NCBI RefSeq assembly: GCF_963506605.1
Contig: NC_083283.1
Span: 59,458,001-59,522,000 of the forward strand
Direction: 5' to 3'
DNA: 64,000 nucleotides
Origin: Zootoca vivipara
Lineage: Eukaryota
This document shows, one piece after another, positions 58,467 through 64,000 of the stretch; the stretch's first letter is position 1, and every line of letters begins with the position of its first letter. The notes beneath the pieces were generated by a model. The model was not told where the DNA came from. It was given only the letters and a program-made list of their open reading frames with translations, and did no database searches. A program made the position numbers and the translations under genes.

Positions 58467-59669
58467 ATGTCTGCCAAGGCCAGTGACAGCATGCAGACCA
58501 CGACAGAGCTGCTCGACCAGACAGAGAACAGTCTGCTCGAATGCAAAGTGTGCTTTGAAAAATACAACGAGCAGAAAAAGCACCGGCCAAGGAACTTGCC
58601 ATGCGGACATGTCATGTGCCTGGAGTGTGTCACATCACTGGCTCATCCCCGGAGTTTTAAGCTGGAGTGCCCTTTCTGCCGCAGGGCTTGCAAATCATCC
58701 GAAACCAGCGATTGCTTGCCGTTGTTGCACCTGATGGAGATCTTGAGCTCTTCATCCAACAGTGTTCTGGTTTCAGGAAGGACTGTTGGAACAGCTGAGG
58801 ATGTGGCGATGCCAGCATCTCAGGTCTTAACATTTCACCTGTCTTTCGGAGGATGGGGAACCCTGGTCAATCCAACAGGGATTGCTGTGTGTCAGAGGTC
58901 TGCCTGCCTAGCGGTGGCTCACGACGGCAAGAAGAGGATTAAACTCTTCAGTTTCAACGGGCGCATCATACAACAGTTTGGAGAAAGAGGGCAGGCAGGA
59001 AATGACATCAGGTACCCAACCGATGTCACCATCACACTGGACGGCCATATCGCAGTCACGGACAGCGGGGATCGTTCTGTCAAAGTGTTCGATTTCAACG
59101 GAAGGGGAAAGCTGGTTATCTCCGAGTCCTTCGGTTTACCGTGGGGCCTGGATACCACGCCTCAGAACGATGTGATCATGACCGATTCGGTGGCAGGTGC
59201 TCTGTATCGCTTGGCAGCAGACTTTAAGCGGGGGGAATTAAAGGGGGTGGAAAAGCTTTGTTCTAATTTGTGTGACCCGAGGAAAGTGGCCGTTTCTCAG
59301 GCCTCTGGGGCCATTGCTGTCATAGAGCATTTGATGGCGAAAGGACCAAGTTGCGGTTGCACCGTGCTGAAAGTATTCACTGCAGACATGCAGCTCATAA
59401 GCCAGGTGGACACATTTGGCCTGAATCTAGTATTTCCTTCCAAAATATATGCCAATGCTGTGACCTTCAGCAGGGAAGGTCAAGTAATAGTAACCGATGG
59501 CTATAACCAAGCAGTCTTCTGCCTTGGAAAACCTGAAGAGTTCCCTATGTGTAAACCTATCATTACCCAGGGTCTTTCTTACCCTTTGGCATTAACTTTC
59601 ACACCAGACAGTTCTCTGATTGTCTTGGATGGTGGAGATCATTCTTTAAAAGTATTCACGGCTAGCTGA
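58467..59669 (+). CDS. NHLRC1: E3 ubiquitin ligase NHLRC1 (malin), intronless CDS, 400 aa
   Basis: C3HC4 RING (LLECKVCFEK...RPRNLPCGHVMCLEC...LECPFCR) followed by NHL repeats (FGGWGTLVNPTG, DIRYPTDVTIT..GHIAVTDSGDRSVKVFD). Lies downstream of TPMT in the same orientation, as expected from synteny. Confidence 0.96.
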   Translation: MSAKASDSMQTTTELLDQTENSLLECKVCFEKYNEQKKHRPRNLPCGHVMCLECVTSLAHPRSFKLECPFCRRACKSSETSDCLPLLHLMEILSSSSNSVLVSGRTVGTAEDVAMPASQVLTFHLSFGGWGTLVNPTGIAVCQRSACLAVAHDGKKRIKLFSFNGRIIQQFGERGQAGNDIRYPTDVTITLDGHIAVTDSGDRSVKVFDFNGRGKLVISESFGLPWGLDTTPQNDVIMTDSVAGALYRLAADFKRGELKGVEKLCSNLCDPRKVAVSQASGAIAVIEHLMAKGPSCGCTVLKVFTADMQLISQVDTFGLNLVFPSKIYANAVTFSREGQVIVTDGYNQAVFCLGKPEEFPMCKPIITQGLSYPLALTFTPDSSLIVLDGGDHSLKVFTAS

Positions 59670-59775
59670 AATATGGGGGGGGGTGTTTCTTTCACATTGC
59701 CTGATCCAGTTCACAGCTTAACAGAGAGTATGTGGAAGCTCTTCGTGCCTAACACCCGAACTTCTTTGAGGATAG

Positions 59776-60146
59776 CTGATCAAGTTGATTGATTACGCCA
59801 AAATGGCTAAAATGACCGGAAGAATTAGAAATCAGGAAGATCAAAATTTTAATAAGGAATGGGGGAAATTTACAATTTATCTTGAAAGCCATTGTAAACA
59901 GTTAAAATCGTTAGTAGGATTGGAATAACGTTTGTAGTTTAATGGTGAATTCTGAACACAATGGAGAGGTAAAAGATTTGGATTCATTATAAAAGATGCA
60001 GGAGGAAATGATTAACAATAGGGCCCACAAAGGGGAGGAGGGAAGTCCAGGAGATTCTTTGGAATCTTGTTTCTATGTTCTATGTTGGATATGTGACGGT
60101 AAAATTTGAAAAACCAAATAAATAAATTGAGAGAGAGAGAGAGAGA
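59776..60146 (+). mobile_element. L1-like LINE 3' fragment in the NHLRC1 3' region
   Basis: Frame 59776-59928 reads LIKLIDYAKMAKMTGRIRNQEDQNFNKEWGKFTIYLESHCKQLKSLVGLE*, resembling squamate L1 ORF2 C-termini; then a 3' UTR, AATAAATAAA and a (GA)n tail. Confidence 0.7.
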
Positions 60147-62995
60147 AACTGATATGAGTCTTATCCATGTTGTGTATTGTGGAATCAGTCCAGCAGATGT
60201 GAACTAGACTTAAGGCTGTAATATGTACTGTAACCACAGACTAGTGAGGAAATCCCTTTGAACTAAGGTGCTGGACGTTTATGTTGGAGTTACTACAGTT
60301 GGGTATTATAGAAGCTGTATGTGAACAATGCTGGTAACTTTCTATGTTGGGCTGTAGACAGGGTTGTGTTTCCCTTGGATTTTGATGGCACATGTGAAAG
60401 CCCACTGTCAGCCAGAATGTATGACCCACCCACCCCTTTCATAAGCAAATAAGTGTTTAATAGAATGGGTGGCATCTGTTAGTGCAGTCTTCCCCCAGCC
60501 TGGTGCCCTCTGGTTCTTTTGGACCACAGGTTCCTTTCACTCCAGCTGCATCACCTTCCCAGCTAGCACTGATGACAGTTGCAGTCCAAAACATCTTGAG
60601 GATACCAGATTTAGGATGTCATGTTTTATGATATTGCACTGGCCATTGTAAGCTGACCCAAAAAATTCAACACTGTGGCAGCATTAGTCAGGGCTGCTAC
60701 ACTGGGGATAGATGCCTTCACCAGATGTGTTGCTGGGTCATAAGCGGAACAAAGCGGGGCAGAGAAGGGGCATGTTCAGGATGGTGGAGGCATGGGAATG
60801 ACTCATGGCCATGCCATTAAACCAGCTTTTTCCACACACCTTGAAGCCAGTTAAACTAGTGCAAACCTGCCTTTTCAAGGGTGTTCCACTGAGTGTATAT
60901 TTTATAGAACAGATCATCTCCATCTGCTTTATACTGGAAACCTCTGAATACCTCTGAATCTGTCAGTGACCATTGTAACTACACATATTTATAGAAGGAG
61001 TGCCTGTTTGGCTGGTTATATTATATATATATTTTCCATTGCAGATTTAAAAGAAACTGATTTAATTGTACTTTTCGGATTGTTTAAATTTAAAAAATGT
61101 AAAAACTCTTTATTTTGATGATTGTAAAGTGCTGAACTGAACCTTACACACAGCTGTGCTTCTTTTTTTATGAGTTTCAGTGAAAAAACAATGGGGGAAG
61201 GGCTGCTTAACCATTTCCCTTCTGGCTGTTTTTCTGCTCCCACCCCACCCCGGTTCCATAGAAGAAAAAATACAGGTACCAATACAATATTTCCTGTACA
61301 GAGAAACACACCTGGGGTTAATTTTGAGTTGGGGGGGGGAAAACAGCTGGCAGAAAAGTTACATATGGTAACCCCTCCTTCCTGCCATTTTTGGACTGAA
61401 ATTTGTGGCCTCAAAGGCTGTTTTTAGTTTTCAAAAATCATACACATCGGAAAGAAAGATCCCTTTGGTTGCATCTAGCCCCCCCCCCCCACAATACATA
61501 ATCTTTGTTGCTGTTAGAAACAGAAGGCCCAGTGTATTTCTAGTAACACCAGAAACAATTTATTTCTGTTTTCTTAAATATAACATAGAAGTGTTCTTAG
61601 AATGTTATTGAGATGAGCTTAAGGAAGCTCTGGTCATGGGATAATCAGGTGTTATAACTCTTAGGACTGGGGGGGGAATGTAGTGCCTTTTCCCCACTGG
61701 TTATTCTGGTAGAACTGTTCCCTTACTCTTTGATAAGTTAAGGAAGAAATAAATTAAAAACTCAGAAATATTACAAAAAGTTTTAATATTACAAGTTGAC
61801 CTGGGGGGGGGAGGTTTACTGCATCAAGATATGATCTATAGGACCTTGTGTGGGTTTTTTTTTTTTAAATCTCATTGTGTTTAATAATGAAATAAAGGTA
61901 TGCACTTTCTCTTTTCCTTTGGTTGTGGGGAAAATGTTGGAAGTCCAGTACCTACTTGTGGCAAAAAATTGTGGTATTACATTAGCATGGAAAGGACCCA
62001 ATGAACTCTGAGGTGTATCTTCCTTTTTATCTGCAAATGTGATCTTTTTAATGATGAAATGTCACCGTATATCATGCCATGCTGTTGTTGATTAGGAATC
62101 ACTTTTCTCTGGCTGACTCGGCGGTTCAACTTCTACACACTGAGAGAGCCAAAACAGACACCATTGAGATGGTGGTAGGAAGGGCAGAGATTCGGCTATA
62201 CTGAAGATTAAACTGTGGTTTATTTTTATTTTTTTAAGTTGGAGCCTGTTAGTTGTACTTAATAGCTACTGAAAAAAATGGGATCAACAGAGGCATGACT
62301 TATGTTGCATGGGGTGGAGCACCAAATTTTGGCCTTGCATGGGGCTCCACTAAAATTTGAAAGACCAAAGTCCTCCCTCGATTTGTTACAGTTGTTTTAA
62401 AATATCCCATAAGATAAACTATGGCAACATTATTACGGTAATACAACTTGTCCAATAGCTCAGGGCCAAACTAGACTTGATGTGGGGGAATGTATAACTG
62501 GATTGCAGGACTTTTTGTTTTATTTGGAATAACCCCACAAGAGTTGAATCTTGCAGCATCCTACTAAAAACTGCCCCCACCGTGAAATCTGTAATGCCTT
62601 CACATCTACATTATGAATTTTATTTATGAATGTGCAGTTCTCTTTTCTTATAGTAGTCTTCCATGTTTTATGTCTCCCAGTGCATTTGGGAGTATTGTGG
62701 ATGTTCCATGGAAATGAATGGATGCTGCCGCCTCGATCCTTGAGTTGTCAGATGCTCCATCTTTGGCCAGCTTTCTCTTTACTGTACATTGAAAAACACC
62801 ATTACCATGCCTTTCTATTGGTCTATCTAAGTTTGTTGGAACTCCAGATAAATGTGAGCACTGTATGTTGCAAGACAACATGTACAGCAGTGATTCCCCA
62901 CCCCACTGAATGTTATCTTCATCACCCTGTCACATACAATGATTCACTGAGTTTCAAATCACATGGTTTTCTGTTAAGAGCTACTAGTAGGCATA

Positions 62996-63350
62996 AAAAG
63001 GTAAAGGTAAAGGGACCCCTGACCATTAGGTCCAGTCGTGACCGACTCTGGGGTTGCGCGCTCATCTCGCATTATTGGCCGAGGGAGCCGGCGTATAGCT
63101 TCCGGTCATGTGGCCAGCATGACAAAGCTGCTTCTGGCAAACCAGAGCAGCACATGGAAACACCGTTTACCTTCCCGCTGTAGCGGTTCCTATTTATCTA
63201 CTTGCATTTTGACGTGCTTTCGAACTGCTAAGTTGGCAGGAGCTGGGACCAAGCAACGGGAGCTCACCCTGTCACAGGGATTCGAACCGCCGACCTTCTG
63301 ATCAGCAAGCCCTGGGCTCAGTGATTTAACCACAGCGCCACCTGGGTCCC
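62996..63350 (-). mobile_element. Sauria SINE, full length
   Basis: Tail aaaggtaaaggtaaagggacccctgaccattagg; tRNA-like head ggattcgaacc...cacagcgccacctgggtccc. Confidence 0.92.
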
Positions 63351-64000
63351 TCATAGCAACCCATAAAAAAGTGTTTCTTAAGATTCTGTTTTCTCAACTC
63401 TTAATGAAAATAAGTGGCTTAGTCTAATGCGTTGACTATGCTTTGAACGCAAGTGGAGGAATCTGCAGTTTTGCAGGAGGAGGAGGAAGAGATGGGCAGT
63501 GAAAAGAGGATGTTTTGCCTCCCACCACCCAAACCTATATTTCCAAACCCGATCCAAGTACCATAACATGATTTTTCCAGCAAGCACATCTCGTTCCCTG
63601 CACATACTATTTGCTAGATCAGGAACCATGGCTCAAAATGGGATCTGCATCCACTTTCCCATCTAGTATGAATGCTGTTTTGCACATTCTGCATTGCTTT
63701 CAGTGGAATCAGTGCTCAGGTGCAGGTCCTGATGGAGATGCACATTTGCATCCAAAAGCTAGAGTGTGAAAGCAAAACTGCTGAAAGCAACACACTGTAG
63801 ACAGAGTATGTCTGATTTGCCTGTCAATCATTTTAAACTGTCTCAGAACCCCACCACAGATGTTCTTCCTATTGTGCATTTACAGTGATTTGTTTTTATG
63901 ATGGTGTCAGGACGGTCAATACTATTTCTTCCTACAAAAGTTCAGGGGCAGCCATAGCCGCTTTGTTTCCAATTGGTGTATGACCAGTAGCTTCCTGCTG

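Noticed and set aside
58467-59669. NHLRC1 as a processed pseudogene or repeat-expanded allele
   Set aside because: The ORF is intact with all RING ligands, an intronless CDS is the normal state, the position is syntenic, and no coding tandem repeat is visible.
62626-63301. 185-aa and 87-aa ORFs
   Set aside because: They are partly or wholly translations of the antisense Sauria SINE; the same peptides recur at 47384 and 54021.

Overview
Vertebrate nuclear DNA, most likely a squamate and probably a lacertid lizard, judged from Sauria-SINE- and Squam3-like repeats. It carries the conserved amniote block DEK (+, 10 coding exons, 366 aa), KDM1B/LSD2 (-, 20 coding exons, 818 aa), TPMT (+, 8 coding exons, 244 aa) and NHLRC1/malin (+, single coding exon, 400 aa). 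I assembled all exon chains by hand from splice sites, and each keeps reading frame from ATG to stop. DEK and KDM1B converge tail to tail. KDM1B and TPMT diverge from a shared CpG island, and DEK has its own CpG-island promoter. Introns and intergenic DNA contain SINEs, L2/CR1/L1 3' fragments, many short hAT and Tc1/mariner non-autonomous elements (several with perfect TSDs, several nested) and microsatellites. I do not see a convincing wholly new biological system. The best leads are: a GC-AG intron in DEK; a palindromic two-strand poly(A) signal between DEK and KDM1B; a candidate spliced divergent transcript upstream of DEK; an L1 remnant that may supply the NHLRC1 poly(A) signal; an element resembling the horizontally transferred hAT1 family; and several nested transposon arrangements. 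Gene and repeat family names come from my recollection of the families, not from database searches.
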